Source: Candidatus Babelota bacterium (lineage in GTDB: Bacteria; Babelota; Babeliae; Babelales; RVW-14). From it: DNA of 64,000 nucleotides. The notes beneath the pieces were generated by a model. That model made no database searches and was not told where the DNA came from. It saw nothing but the letters and a program-made list of their open reading frames with translations. Made by a program: the position numbers and the translations under genes. Shown here one piece after another: positions 9,914 through 19,278 of this stretch (positions are counted from its first letter, which is position 1; every line of letters starts with the position of its first letter). The DNA lies in the NCBI GenBank assembly GCA_013289515.1, contig JABCZU010000006.1, positions 1,773-65,772 on the forward strand, written 5' to 3'.

Positions 9914-11182
9914 TTAACGCAACTGTCCTGAAGTAGGGTCGAGTATGAATGTTTTAATGAGCCTACCTCGTTGGATTGTAAGCTGATTGCCATTTAGCGT
10001 AATGTGGTTGCCCTGAACCGGCTGTCCTGCAAATGGCTCAAATTTTACTATTTTGGTAAGGTTGCCATTCTGAATTGTGATATCTTTTTCCCGAATCGTG
10101 ATCTCATTGCTGCCTATCACAAAATTATTGCCTTTGCAGTCGATTGTGGTCCCATTCTTGCCTATCTCAAAAATGCTTCCACTTGGGAAAACCAAATCCA
10201 AATCCCCTTGCATTATGGTACCACCTGAATTTATTATATTTGTCGTAATAACATTGCCGGCCCCGTTGGATGCACCGGCTAAAAATGGCTCCAGTACTAC
10301 GGTTGCAATACGGCTGCCACGTTGTATGCTGATGTTGTGGCCATTGGTTATGATTTTAGTTCCCTGATGTGATTGTCCTGGATATGGCTTAAATGCTACC
10401 GTTCTGGTCTTGTTGCCACGCTGGATCGTGACGTCATTGTCTCGTATTGTGATGCGATTACCAAGCATTGCGATGGTGTTATTTTCTACCGAAATGCCAG
10501 TGCCTTGCAGCGTAATATTATTACCACGCAATGAGTTGCCATTGCTGCCTTCGGCTATTGAATTGTTGTTGCCATGCAATGAGTTGCCGGAACCACGTAT
10601 CGTGTTGTCATTGCCTTGTACCATGTTGCCTGATCCAGGTATTACGTTGTTGTTGCCCTGTACTATATTGCCAGAACCGTTGATTGCGTTACCATTGCTG
10701 TCACCCTGTAGCACGTTGCCAAAGCCCCGGATCGCGTTACTACGCGCCTGGACCCTCTTTGGTGCATTTTTTTGTGCAGCCGCCTTTTGTTGAGCAGCTT
10801 TTTTTTGCGCTGCTATTTGCGCTGCCAATTGTTGGGCTTTTTGCATAGCAGCTTGTTTTACCTTTTGGGCTGCTTGAGCCTGTTTCTGTTTAGCCAGCTG
10901 CGCTTGTTTTTGTTTGGCTATCTGAGCCTGTTTAACTTTTTGTGCAGCAGCAGCCTGTTTGGCTTTTTGAGTAGCTAACTGCTTAGCCTTCTGGAGAGCA
11001 AGCACTTTCTTCTGCTTTGCCAGTAGAGCTTGTTTTTGCTTGGCTGCCTGCTTGGCCTTTTGGGCAACCGCCTGAGCCTGCTTTTGTTTGGGCGTCAAAG
11101 CTGTAACGGTGCTTGCTGCCGCAATGCCTATGATGGCCATGCAGAGTAAAATGCGTACTTGGATTTCCTTAAAGTTATTCAT
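9914..11182 (-). CDS. Secreted protein with K/Q/A-rich helix and GN-rich beta-solenoid repeats
   Basis: Leader nearly identical to that of the USP protein; GSGNxVQGNxNxI repeats; repeated ITIQxGxxxxxVxFEP units. Confidence 0.75.
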   Translation of the reverse strand: MNNFKEIQVRILLCMAIIGIAAASTVTALTPKQKQAQAVAQKAKQAAKQKQALLAKQKKVLALQKAKQLATQKAKQAAAAQKVKQAQIAKQKQAQLAKQKQAQAAQKVKQAAMQKAQQLAAQIAAQKKAAQQKAAAQKNAPKRVQARSNAIRGFGNVLQGDSNGNAINGSGNIVQGNNNVIPGSGNMVQGNDNTIRGSGNSLHGNNNSIAEGSNGNSLRGNNITLQGTGISVENNTIAMLGNRITIRDNDVTIQRGNKTRTVAFKPYPGQSHQGTKIITNGHNISIQRGSRIATVVLEPFLAGASNGAGNVITTNIINSGGTIMQGDLDLVFPSGSIFEIGKNGTTIDCKGNNFVIGSNEITIREKDITIQNGNLTKIVKFEPFAGQPVQGNHITLNGNQLTIQRGRLIKTFILDPTSGQLR

Positions 11183-11363
11183 AATTGGAACTCCTGCTCT
11201 ATTATTTAGTTAATATTTTCAAACAAGAAATACTTTTTGGCCTATCCCCAGTATCTACTAATTATTTTGCCGTGTCAACAGCTGTTTAATTTTCTATCTG
11301 AATTACCAATGGTAAGGTTGGTGCAAAAGGACGCATAATCCAGGTCGCGGAGGAGAAAGAATT

Positions 11364-11960
11364 CTAGCTCAGCACCCGTACCGTAATCGTAATGGTGCTA
11401 AAAGGCAGGGGGATTTGAAACCGATCCCAGCTCTTTTGTATGGTTAGCGGCCACTGCTGCGTGCATTCAAGAAAAACTACGGGGACTTGTGCCTTATTGG
11501 CTAAAAAGTGGACGCCCGGCTTAAGCTGGCCGGCTGGCCCGCGAGAGCCATCGCCAATCAGTGCAAAGCGTCCGGTGCTTTCCAGTTCTTTCAGCGCGTG
11601 ACGCGTAACGGCAACGGGGGATTGGTAGGCGGAGCCATACACCACCGTAAATCCTAGCCGCTGGCAAACATAGCCAGCAATCTTGCCATCATCACTTGGG
11701 CTGGCCATGCAGGCCGCTGGCGCCCCTATTTTGAAAAAATAAAAAACGGCTGGGATAATCTGCTGGTGCCACGCGTAAAATACGCCCCGCATGGTGGTCA
11801 CATCCACAGGGTCGCCATCATAATGCACGCGTAGGCGGTAGGTACAAAAGAGGAGTCGTACGCAGTAATACGCCACACGTTGTAACAAAAAATTGAAGAA
11901 TGTACTCTTTTTAAGCAGAGTGATGATACGTTTAATGGAATAATTTTTTATAACATTCAT
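11364..11960 (-). CDS. DUF374 / lysophospholipid acyltransferase-like protein
   Basis: Motifs AWHQQ, ASPSDDG, DGSRGP, KSWDRFQIPLPFS; start placed at MNVIK (11960). Confidence 0.8.
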   Translation of the reverse strand: MNVIKNYSIKRIITLLKKSTFFNFLLQRVAYYCVRLLFCTYRLRVHYDGDPVDVTTMRGVFYAWHQQIIPAVFYFFKIGAPAACMASPSDDGKIAGYVCQRLGFTVVYGSAYQSPVAVTRHALKELESTGRFALIGDGSRGPAGQLKPGVHFLANKAQVPVVFLECTQQWPLTIQKSWDRFQIPLPFSTITITVRVLS

Positions 11961-12020
11961 ACTGTTACTTCCTGAGAAAAAGGGCTTAAAATTGCACTCT
12001 ATATTTTGTAAGGCGTTAGC

Positions 12021-14987
12021 ATGACCACCATGATTCCCCAGTTTAAAATACACAAACACGTTTTAACAAATGGACTTACCGTCCTCACCCATCCCCTGCA
12101 CCATACGCCCCGCGTTGAAGTACACTTATGGTACAACGTTGGATCAAAGGATGAAGGACACCGCGAACGTGGCATGGCGCACCTGCTTGAACACATGATG
12201 TTTAAGGGTACCAAGAACCTTTCTGAAAGTGATATTAACAGCGTATGCCAGAAACTTGCTGGCGATGCAAACGCCTTCACCTCGCAGGATTATACCTGTT
12301 ACACCTTCAGATTGCCAAGCAATGCGTGGGAGGTTGGCGTCCAACTGCTTGCTGAGTGCATGCAACACGCCACCTTTAACCCGGAAATGCTGGCCTCTGA
12401 ACTCAAGGCAGTGGTTGAAGAGCTGCGTCTGTACAAAGATGATTATCAAGGTGGCCTGGTAGAGCAGATGATTGCCACACTCTTTCCCCAACACCCGTAC
12501 AGCCATCCTATTATTGGCTTTAAAACAGATTTGTGTAATTTGAATCGGGACGATTTATACGCCTTTTATAAAAAACATTATCACCCAGGAAATGCCGTGT
12601 TGGTCGTAACGGGCGACGTGAAGGCGGATGACGTCTTGGCTGCCGCACAAAAGCACTTTGGCCATATCCCACCCGCACAAGATTATAAAAAAGAGACATT
12701 GAGTTTTCAGGAAGATTTAGTCATTAACAATACCGTGCTCTATCGTCCTACCACGACCCCGTGGTACTGTTACATGTACAAAGTTCCTGGCTTTAAAGAG
12801 AAAAAAAACCATGTGCTTGATATTGTTAGTGGCATCCTGGCAGGGGGCAAGAGCTCGCGCCTTTACCAGCGTTTGGTAAATAAAGAGGCATGCGCTGTCG
12901 ACGTCGAATGTTCCGTGTATGATTTTTTTGACAAGGGTCTTTTATCCATCAATGTTTGGCCGGCCAATGGGGTCGATCCGGCCCTCATCGAGGGGATTAT
13001 TGAGGAGGAGCTGAGCCTTTTGCGCACTCATGGCATTCACGACTGGGAATTTGCGGCGACACAAAAGCGAACGCTCATAGACTTTACCTCCTTGCTTGAA
13101 AGCATCGAGCGCCAAGCCTTTGTGATTGGCAACTCCTACCTTGCCACTGAAGATACGCACTTTATTGAGCATTATGTGGCAGCAATTGCACAGGTTAGTA
13201 AGCACGACATTCAAGACTTTTTTAAGGTCTATCTAACGCCGACCAAGCAGCATAAGGGCTACTTGCTGCCGATTACTGACCAGCACGATATGCGTGAATT
13301 TGCAGACCAACAACAAAGAGCCGATGAGCTTGAGGCACGGATTTTACAACAGCATCAGCGTAGCCTGCCGGTTGAAGAGCCACGCTTGGCCCAGTCACTT
13401 GTTGTGCCAAAGCGAGCCCCTTTTTCATTTCCTAAGCCAAAGGTTCATACGCTATCAAACGGCCTTGAGCTGGTATACCACCACAATCCGCAGATACCAC
13501 AGATCATCTGTTTATTAAGCTTTAAAGCAAATCATCTCTATGAAGCCCAGGATCAGGCCGGGGCCTTTGGCTTTTTATTGCGTGTTATGACCGATAGTAC
13601 CAAAGATCATGATGCCGACGCCTTTGCCCAGCTTCTGGAAACTGAAGGAATTTCGCTTGGCGCATCGGGTGACGGCATCGTTATTCGTTGTCTGAGTGCT
13701 GACTTTGCTAAGGCTCTTCAGTTGCTGGCATCAATTGTCCGGTACCCATCACTGAGAAAAAAATCCATAGAAAAAGTACGCCAACAGATTGTGAGCGAGC
13801 TTGATGAATTTTGGGACAGTCCTATTGATTTTATCGACCAGATAGCAAAAGAGCTGGTCTATGGTCAGCATCCATACCATAAAAATGCATTGGGATCTAA
13901 ACCGTCAATTAATCACTTACAAAAAGATGATCTTGTGGCCCTCTACAACCAGTTAATATCCCCCCAGCAGGCTGTTATGGTCGTGGTTGGCGATTTATCA
14001 GCCATCACAATGCCCAGCTCTATTGAAACTATTTTAGGGGGTTGGCATGGACCAAAGGTTCACGACCTTGTCTACCCGCCACTACCGCCATTTAAACCTC
14101 AGCTGGTCAGCGTACCCATCAATCGAGATCAAACCGTTATTGGTGTAGTTGCGCCATCAATTTCTCGCAGGCATCCTGATTACAATGCTTTGTCCATCCT
14201 GGACATTATTGTAACGGGCGGCGCTGTATCGTCCCCATCCTCGCGGCTTTTTCAGCTACGCGAGCAGAGCGGACTCTTTTATGCGATCGGTGGATCACTC
14301 ACCTATGGCGCCTATGTGCAACCAGGGATGGTGTTTATTAAGACAAGTGTTGCCACTAAAAAAGCTGATCTAGCCCAAAAAATGATTCTGGGAACCTTTG
14401 ATACGGTGGCTCATCATGGTGTTACTAATGAAGAATTTGCGACCGCCAAAAATTTGCTATTATCTGCATCTATTGAGCTTTTTGAAAGCAATCTTCAACA
14501 GGCACACACCTTTCTATTTCTAAAAAAGCTTAATTTAAATTTTAATTTATTTGACAAACAGGGCGAATTACTGTCTATACTGAGGATAGCTGAAGTAGAT
14601 AGTGCAGCTAAACAATATTGCAACCCAAGCGCCATGGCTGTGTTGCATGTTGGCAGAATAGAAGAACAAAAGATGTCGTTAAGAACGGGAGAGTCCCTAA
14701 TACCAATAAAGGAGAAGAGGATGGCAATCAAGAAAAAAGCAGTTAAGAAGGCTGCTCCAAAGAGAAAAGTAGCCAAAAAGGCTGCTCCAAAGAGAAAAGT
14801 AGTCAAAAAGGCTGCCCCAAAAAGAAAGGTAGCTAAAAAAGCTGCCCCAAAGAAAAAGGCTGCTAAAAAGGCTGCTCCAAAAAGGAAAGTAGCCAAAAAG
14901 GCTGCTCCAAAGAGAAAAGCAGCTAAAAAGGCTGCCAAGAAAGTTGGCATGCGCGTTGTTGCTCCAGTGACAGCGGCTGCTAAGTAA
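12021..14987 (+). CDS. M16 (insulinase/pitrilysin) zinc peptidase, two-lobe, with in-frame histone H1-like C-terminal tail
   Basis: WYNVGSKDE, GMAHLLEHMMFKGT (HxxEH), NAFTS; degenerate second lobe (LSNGL, SRLF..LRE..GL.Y); no stop before the KKAAPKRK repeats. Confidence 0.85.
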   Translation: MTTMIPQFKIHKHVLTNGLTVLTHPLHHTPRVEVHLWYNVGSKDEGHRERGMAHLLEHMMFKGTKNLSESDINSVCQKLAGDANAFTSQDYTCYTFRLPSNAWEVGVQLLAECMQHATFNPEMLASELKAVVEELRLYKDDYQGGLVEQMIATLFPQHPYSHPIIGFKTDLCNLNRDDLYAFYKKHYHPGNAVLVVTGDVKADDVLAAAQKHFGHIPPAQDYKKETLSFQEDLVINNTVLYRPTTTPWYCYMYKVPGFKEKKNHVLDIVSGILAGGKSSRLYQRLVNKEACAVDVECSVYDFFDKGLLSINVWPANGVDPALIEGIIEEELSLLRTHGIHDWEFAATQKRTLIDFTSLLESIERQAFVIGNSYLATEDTHFIEHYVAAIAQVSKHDIQDFFKVYLTPTKQHKGYLLPITDQHDMREFADQQQRADELEARILQQHQRSLPVEEPRLAQSLVVPKRAPFSFPKPKVHTLSNGLELVYHHNPQIPQIICLLSFKANHLYEAQDQAGAFGFLLRVMTDSTKDHDADAFAQLLETEGISLGASGDGIVIRCLSADFAKALQLLASIVRYPSLRKKSIEKVRQQIVSELDEFWDSPIDFIDQIAKELVYGQHPYHKNALGSKPSINHLQKDDLVALYNQLISPQQAVMVVVGDLSAITMPSSIETILGGWHGPKVHDLVYPPLPPFKPQLVSVPINRDQTVIGVVAPSISRRHPDYNALSILDIIVTGGAVSSPSSRLFQLREQSGLFYAIGGSLTYGAYVQPGMVFIKTSVATKKADLAQKMILGTFDTVAHHGVTNEEFATAKNLLLSASIELFESNLQQAHTFLFLKKLNLNFNLFDKQGELLSILRIAEVDSAAKQYCNPSAMAVLHVGRIEEQKMSLRTGESLIPIKEKRMAIKKKAVKKAAPKRKVAKKAAPKRKVVKKAAPKRKVAKKAAPKKKAAKKAAPKRKVAKKAAPKRKAAKKAAKKVGMRVVAPVTAAAK
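14551..14581 (+). promoter_or_regulatory. Internal promoter inside the M16 gene, probably for the histone-like protein
   Basis: TTGACA (14551)-N19-TATACT (14576), preceded by an AT-rich UP-like tract; spacer is long. Confidence 0.45.
14721..14987 (+). CDS. Histone H1-like Lys/Ala-rich DNA-binding protein (88 aa), nested in frame
   Basis: Strong RBS aaggag upstream of ATG 14721; about seven 10-aa KKAAPKRKVA repeats. Confidence 0.8.
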   Translation: MAIKKKAVKKAAPKRKVAKKAAPKRKVVKKAAPKRKVAKKAAPKKKAAKKAAPKRKVAKKAAPKRKAAKKAAKKVGMRVVAPVTAAAK

Positions 14988-15012
14988 TAGTCTTTTACTC
15001 GATAAAAGACGA

Positions 15013-15046
15013 TAAAGTGATCCGACCTCCGGATCACTTTTTTTTT
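15013..15046 (+). terminator. Intrinsic terminator
   Basis: aaagtgatccg-acctc-cggatcacttt followed by a long T run. Confidence 0.85.
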
Positions 15047-15069
15047 GTCGGGGATTTTTGTTCATTACC

Positions 15070-15097
15070 TGGATCCCCGATCAAAGTCGGGGATGAC
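15070..15097. repeat. REP/RPE-like palindromic element
   Basis: tggatccccgatcaaagtcggggatgac; related copies at 19823-19849 and 58894-58920. Confidence 0.75.
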
Positions 15098-15132
15098 GAC
15101 TTCGTCGTCACTTTTTTTTTGGGGAAATAATC

Positions 15133-15651
15133 ATGACACTACGTACCATTATTACTATAACACTCGTAATAGCCGGCATAGCGGTTATTTTTTATGTTGG
15201 CTACTCATTAATTTTTAAGCATTACAGACGTAGTAACACCATTGAACGTACGCTGGCAATTATTAAGCCAGAGGCCGTTCAGGCTCATCAGACAGGTCCC
15301 ATTATTGATCGCATAGAACAGATGGGCTTTACTATTATCGATTTTAGAAAGGTACATTTGGGCAAAGAAGAGGCAGCAAAATTTTATCACGAACATAAAA
15401 ATAAATCTTTTTTTGGCGACATGACTCAGTACATAAGCAGCGGGCCAATCGTGGTTATGATTCTTGAAAAGCTCAATGCTATTGGTGATTGGCGCGATCT
15501 TATGGGCGCAACCAATCCGGCAAAGGCCAAGGATGGTACTATCAGAAAACAGTTTGGTACAAACATCGAAAAAAATGCGGTTCATGGTTCTGACTCGCAA
15601 GCAGCAGCACAACAGGAAATAGCGTTCTTTTTTGCTGATAGGCGTAAATAG
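15133..15651 (+). CDS. ndk: Nucleoside diphosphate kinase with N-terminal membrane anchor
   Basis: ERTLAIIKP, SGPIVVM, GTIRKQFG, NAVHGSDS (catalytic His); extra ~35 aa hydrophobic N-terminus. Confidence 0.93.
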   Translation: MTLRTIITITLVIAGIAVIFYVGYSLIFKHYRRSNTIERTLAIIKPEAVQAHQTGPIIDRIEQMGFTIIDFRKVHLGKEEAAKFYHEHKNKSFFGDMTQYISSGPIVVMILEKLNAIGDWRDLMGATNPAKAKDGTIRKQFGTNIEKNAVHGSDSQAAAQQEIAFFFADRRK

Positions 15652-15755
15652 CTTATATGGGCTATGCACATTATGCTTGCATAGCCCACTATTTTCGTCC
15701 ATTATTCTTAAAGAGTAAAAACATCCATATTTTTGTCCACATGAAGGAGAGTTCC

Positions 15756-16661
15756 ATGAATCGTCTTTGGGCCACAATCAGTCGCCACGTACTAGTACTA
15801 GCATTATGCCTTGCAAGCATAAACGTTGACCTACACGCAATGAACGCTCCTTCAGGTGGTCAACCATTAACTTCACCATCAAGCAAGAAAGTATCGGTAC
15901 TCAAAAAACAAAAATCACTCATTCAGCAACAGCTCGCACATGATCAAAGCGTGCCAAGCACTAGCACCACCCAGGCAACACCAGCAACTGAAACAACGGC
16001 GCTAATAGGGCAATCGACGGCTGGCCACAACACAGATACCGCAGCAATACAGGCAAGAAGTATAGAAACTAAAATGGCCGGTTGCAAAAAGATTATTGGC
16101 ACCGTAATAATCGTTCTTGGTGCCGTTACCGTTGAAGGTGTAAGTTGTGGCACCGTTTATTTTCTGACCAATGACTGGTCCGGCTCAGCGCGCGTAGGCG
16201 CCTTAGTCTATAGTGTGGCCCTGCCACTTGGCCTACTCTATTGTATGAGTGGTAGCCTGTTACACGAGGCGCATCACATACGCAAATACCTGATGACGGA
16301 ATTTTCGCACTACGCTGTTCCAATGGCACATACCATCACCAGTGGTCTTGAAGTTGCTGGGCTGAATTATCTAAAAAGTGCATGTATAGATCCTTTGATT
16401 AATCATGCAGACTATGAGCTCAACCAATGTATGGGGCAACTTGCTGCCGGCCTGGTCGGCGTTGTTGGGATACCAATAGCGCGAGAAAAATTGTTGCAAT
16501 ATGTTGGCCACGAATGTGAATCTACGGTGAGCGACTATTTAAAGCGACATCTCAATGTCTTTATCATAGCTCCATGGAACATGCTTACCAACTGGATTAA
16601 AACCGAAACTGATGAGTACTTTGAGGCGTATGAAAATAGTCATGCAGCCAATGCTCATTGA
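15756..16661 (+). CDS. Hypothetical secreted/membrane protein
   Basis: RBS aaggag before ATG 15756; signal peptide ending LHA; S/T-rich linker; hydrophobic hairpin segments. Confidence 0.65.
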   Translation: MNRLWATISRHVLVLALCLASINVDLHAMNAPSGGQPLTSPSSKKVSVLKKQKSLIQQQLAHDQSVPSTSTTQATPATETTALIGQSTAGHNTDTAAIQARSIETKMAGCKKIIGTVIIVLGAVTVEGVSCGTVYFLTNDWSGSARVGALVYSVALPLGLLYCMSGSLLHEAHHIRKYLMTEFSHYAVPMAHTITSGLEVAGLNYLKSACIDPLINHADYELNQCMGQLAAGLVGVVGIPIAREKLLQYVGHECESTVSDYLKRHLNVFIIAPWNMLTNWIKTETDEYFEAYENSHAANAH

Positions 16662-17374
16662 GCTGGTTGATTCTCACGCGTGAAGTCATTAAACGTGTTG
16701 TAATCTATGCAGTCAACAGGATTCATATCAAGTTCAACATGGCCAGGAATATAATCAGACGGTAGCTTACCAGAGCCGTCACGTGTATTGATTACAAGGC
16801 TAATCGAAGCAATCGTCGTCAAAAGACACAGCGTCGGATGCGCTTTAATAAACTGTATGCGCTGCCCGCAGCATGCCCCAAAGCAGCCCTTTCTGGGAGG
16901 AATAAGATCTGCTTGATAGCGATAGGCATAGTGCAATGGGGTGCATCCATTTGTATCAAGCACGTGGATGGCGCCTGGTGTTAAACGCAGTAAATAGGCA
17001 ATTATCCGATTGCTCACATCCTGATCATTATCTTTGGTGGTCATACTCACGCGTACAGCAATATGCAGCAGGGTTTCATTGCTATCGCCATATGGGAGAA
17101 GCACATCCAACGGTGTTTTGCTGTTATCAAAAATATTTTTTAGTAAAGCAACGTCGTTCTGGCGCACCGCCCGGAGGGCCAGCATAGGCACCAATGTTTG
17201 CTCGCTTATTTGCTCCTCAGATAATGCAGGGGCACCACTATTTTCCTGTTGTTCGTTATCAATGGCAACTGCACTATTGCGTTGATCGTCAGCATTTTCT
17301 TGATATGCTGCAAAGGCAAGGCTGGGTGCAAGAATGTGTATCGTCAAACTTAGTATTATTACAGGTACGTTCAT
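16655..17374 (-). CDS. Secreted ankyrin-repeat protein
   Basis: Signal peptide ending AFA; ETLLHIAV, GCTPLHYA and D.SGKLP motifs. Confidence 0.75.
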   Translation of the reverse strand: MNVPVIILSLTIHILAPSLAFAAYQENADDQRNSAVAIDNEQQENSGAPALSEEQISEQTLVPMLALRAVRQNDVALLKNIFDNSKTPLDVLLPYGDSNETLLHIAVRVSMTTKDNDQDVSNRIIAYLLRLTPGAIHVLDTNGCTPLHYAYRYQADLIPPRKGCFGACCGQRIQFIKAHPTLCLLTTIASISLVINTRDGSGKLPSDYIPGHVELDMNPVDCIDYNTFNDFTRENQPAQ

Positions 17375-17384
17375 GCGTTCTCCT

Positions 17385-19253
17385 TTAGGGCGCAATAAGC
17401 TCTTTGAACATTTGTTTTTTCCAATCCCACACTAAAAACAGTGGACGTTGTTTAGCATACTGCGTGTCTAGTCTCAAGGTAAAGCCAGTAATGATTGACT
17501 GTCCGTTAATAGGTTCGTACTGCACGTTTTCGTAGCTGCCCAGTGACCATGGATTTGCTGGTGGCAGAAAAAATTGTACTTTTGATGGGTCGCTTGATGT
17601 ATATCTAAATCCACCGTCAACTGGGACGATAGTTACATAATTTTTATCGTGGTACTGGCTGATCTTATTTCTAAAGCCAATAGGCGAAACAATGTTACTA
17701 TCTCGTTGTGTTAGTGCCGCGCTGCCGTCACAATATATCAATCGCGGCCTATCATGCATGACCCAGAAGGCGTCGTAGACAAGATCGCCAAAGCCATCGA
17801 GTGGATGACTCAGGAAGCAAATGGGTCTAGACGGTTCGGCCAAAACTAGTTGATCCATTGCCCGATGAAGCACATGCATTTTTTGTGTACGCAGCGTGAA
17901 GCACTCGACGCAGAAGTAGACACAAAATACAATGAGCGCGGTGAAATATAAAAACACAGCCCTACGATAGATTCTACTTTTAATGCTACTGAACACAAAG
18001 CAGGCAAGATATGCCATGACAATAAACGGGGCTACTTCATAAAAATAGCGTGGGCTGTAGGCACCAACGTAGGCTGGCCAGATAATGAGTGCAGTGCTGA
18101 CAAGGCAGAGTAATACAGGAATTTTTTGTGTTGTTGTGATAAACGCGATAATAATAATCAGGGTAAGGGGTAGTGTCATACCAAGGCGCAGCCAGGTATT
18201 GCCCCACGGTAGCCAGGAGAGCCAGAGGGCATCGTAGCAAAAGACTATGGCTTGTTGCAGTTTGTTCATGATTATGGTTAGGAGTGGAGCTGCCTGCCTT
18301 GTTTTTCCTAGCGATGCAAAATCAAAGGGATACAGCCAGGTGCGCAATGCTACGTAGGCGATGGTGATTGCCCAGAAGGGGCTAGTGAGTTTGACGAGCG
18401 TCGTACGCTCAAATGGTTCGACCCCTTCGACAGGGCTCAGGGTGAGCGCCTTGTTCCGCTCATGCCCCTCGACAAGCAAGGCTTGCTCGGGGTCCTCGGG
18501 ATATTTAAAATTATCCCGCTCATCCTGAGGAGGCTCGTAAGAGCCGTCTCGAAGGACGAACCAACCACGAGCGTCTTTTTTAAACACTGGCATAGGATTC
18601 AGAAGAGCTTCCGTATACCACGCAGCCCAGAGCATCAGGATGAATGGCAACACCACCAATGTTTCGCGCGTGAAGAGTGCGCAGACAAACAGCACGCAGG
18701 CCAGTAGGTAGTACCTGTGCTTGCGTGTATCCAAATACTGTTTACCCAGCAGAAAAATGCAGAGCATACACAGGACGTTGATATAGTATTGCAGGTTAAC
18801 CAGATGACCAAAACGATAGGCAATTTGTGGATGAAACGCAAAGGCACAGGCGCCCAAAAATGCTGCCGATAGTGGCGCGAATAGGGAGCCGATGTAGAAC
18901 AGCAGCGCACTATTGGCTGCATGCACAACAACATTAGTTAGAAGGTACCAGTAGCCATTGGTGCCAAAGAGCCAATATTGTATGACGTGATAAAAAAAAT
19001 AAAGCGGTCGATAGTAGGTTGCCAAAAAGCTTGTGCGCCCGCCGCGTGGGAAATTTGATGGCCCAAAGTCTTGGTTGACGTGGCCGTCATAGAAAAAATA
19101 GAAGAGGGCTTTCCAGGTTTTTATTTTTGATGCCAAGTACAAGGCGTGGAAGTCGTCGCCGTTCAGCCACCAGTTTGTGTATGGCAGGCCTAGTATGCTG
19201 ATTATGCTTATTATAAGAATTGTTATAAGGACAACTTTCTTTTGATAAATCAT
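17385..19253 (-). CDS. Polytopic GT-C-type membrane glycosyltransferase (PMT/ArnT/TMTC-like) with in-frame palindromic insert
   Basis: NGDDF after TM1, YYRPL, HAANS.LL, FAFHP, LFTRET; many TM segments; ~50-aa hydrophilic insert. Confidence 0.7.
   Translation of the reverse strand: MIYQKKVVLITILIISIISILGLPYTNWWLNGDDFHALYLASKIKTWKALFYFFYDGHVNQDFGPSNFPRGGRTSFLATYYRPLYFFYHVIQYWLFGTNGYWYLLTNVVVHAANSALLFYIGSLFAPLSAAFLGACAFAFHPQIAYRFGHLVNLQYYINVLCMLCIFLLGKQYLDTRKHRYYLLACVLFVCALFTRETLVVLPFILMLWAAWYTEALLNPMPVFKKDARGWFVLRDGSYEPPQDERDNFKYPEDPEQALLVEGHERNKALTLSPVEGVEPFERTTLVKLTSPFWAITIAYVALRTWLYPFDFASLGKTRQAAPLLTIIMNKLQQAIVFCYDALWLSWLPWGNTWLRLGMTLPLTLIIIIAFITTTQKIPVLLCLVSTALIIWPAYVGAYSPRYFYEVAPFIVMAYLACFVFSSIKSRIYRRAVFLYFTALIVFCVYFCVECFTLRTQKMHVLHRAMDQLVLAEPSRPICFLSHPLDGFGDLVYDAFWVMHDRPRLIYCDGSAALTQRDSNIVSPIGFRNKISQYHDKNYVTIVPVDGGFRYTSSDPSKVQFFLPPANPWSLGSYENVQYEPINGQSIITGFTLRLDTQYAKQRPLFLVWDWKKQMFKELIAP
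18414..18563. repeat. 150-bp composite palindromic element inside coding sequence
   Basis: Bounded by tggttcg/cgaacca; contains ccccttcgacagggctcagggtgagcg and cgctcatcctgaggaggctcgtaagagccgtctcgaa, both with relatives at 19405-19483. Confidence 0.8.
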
Positions 19254-19278
19254 ATTTTCCTAATTAAGTTAAGAGTAA

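Noticed and set aside
14740-14945. 30-bp periodic repeats as a possible CRISPR array
   Set aside because: Coding tandem repeats with no unique spacers and no cas genes in the window
14495-15065. Minus-strand ORFs with FLAAFLFGAA-type repeats
   Set aside because: Antisense of the KKAAPKRK histone-like repeats
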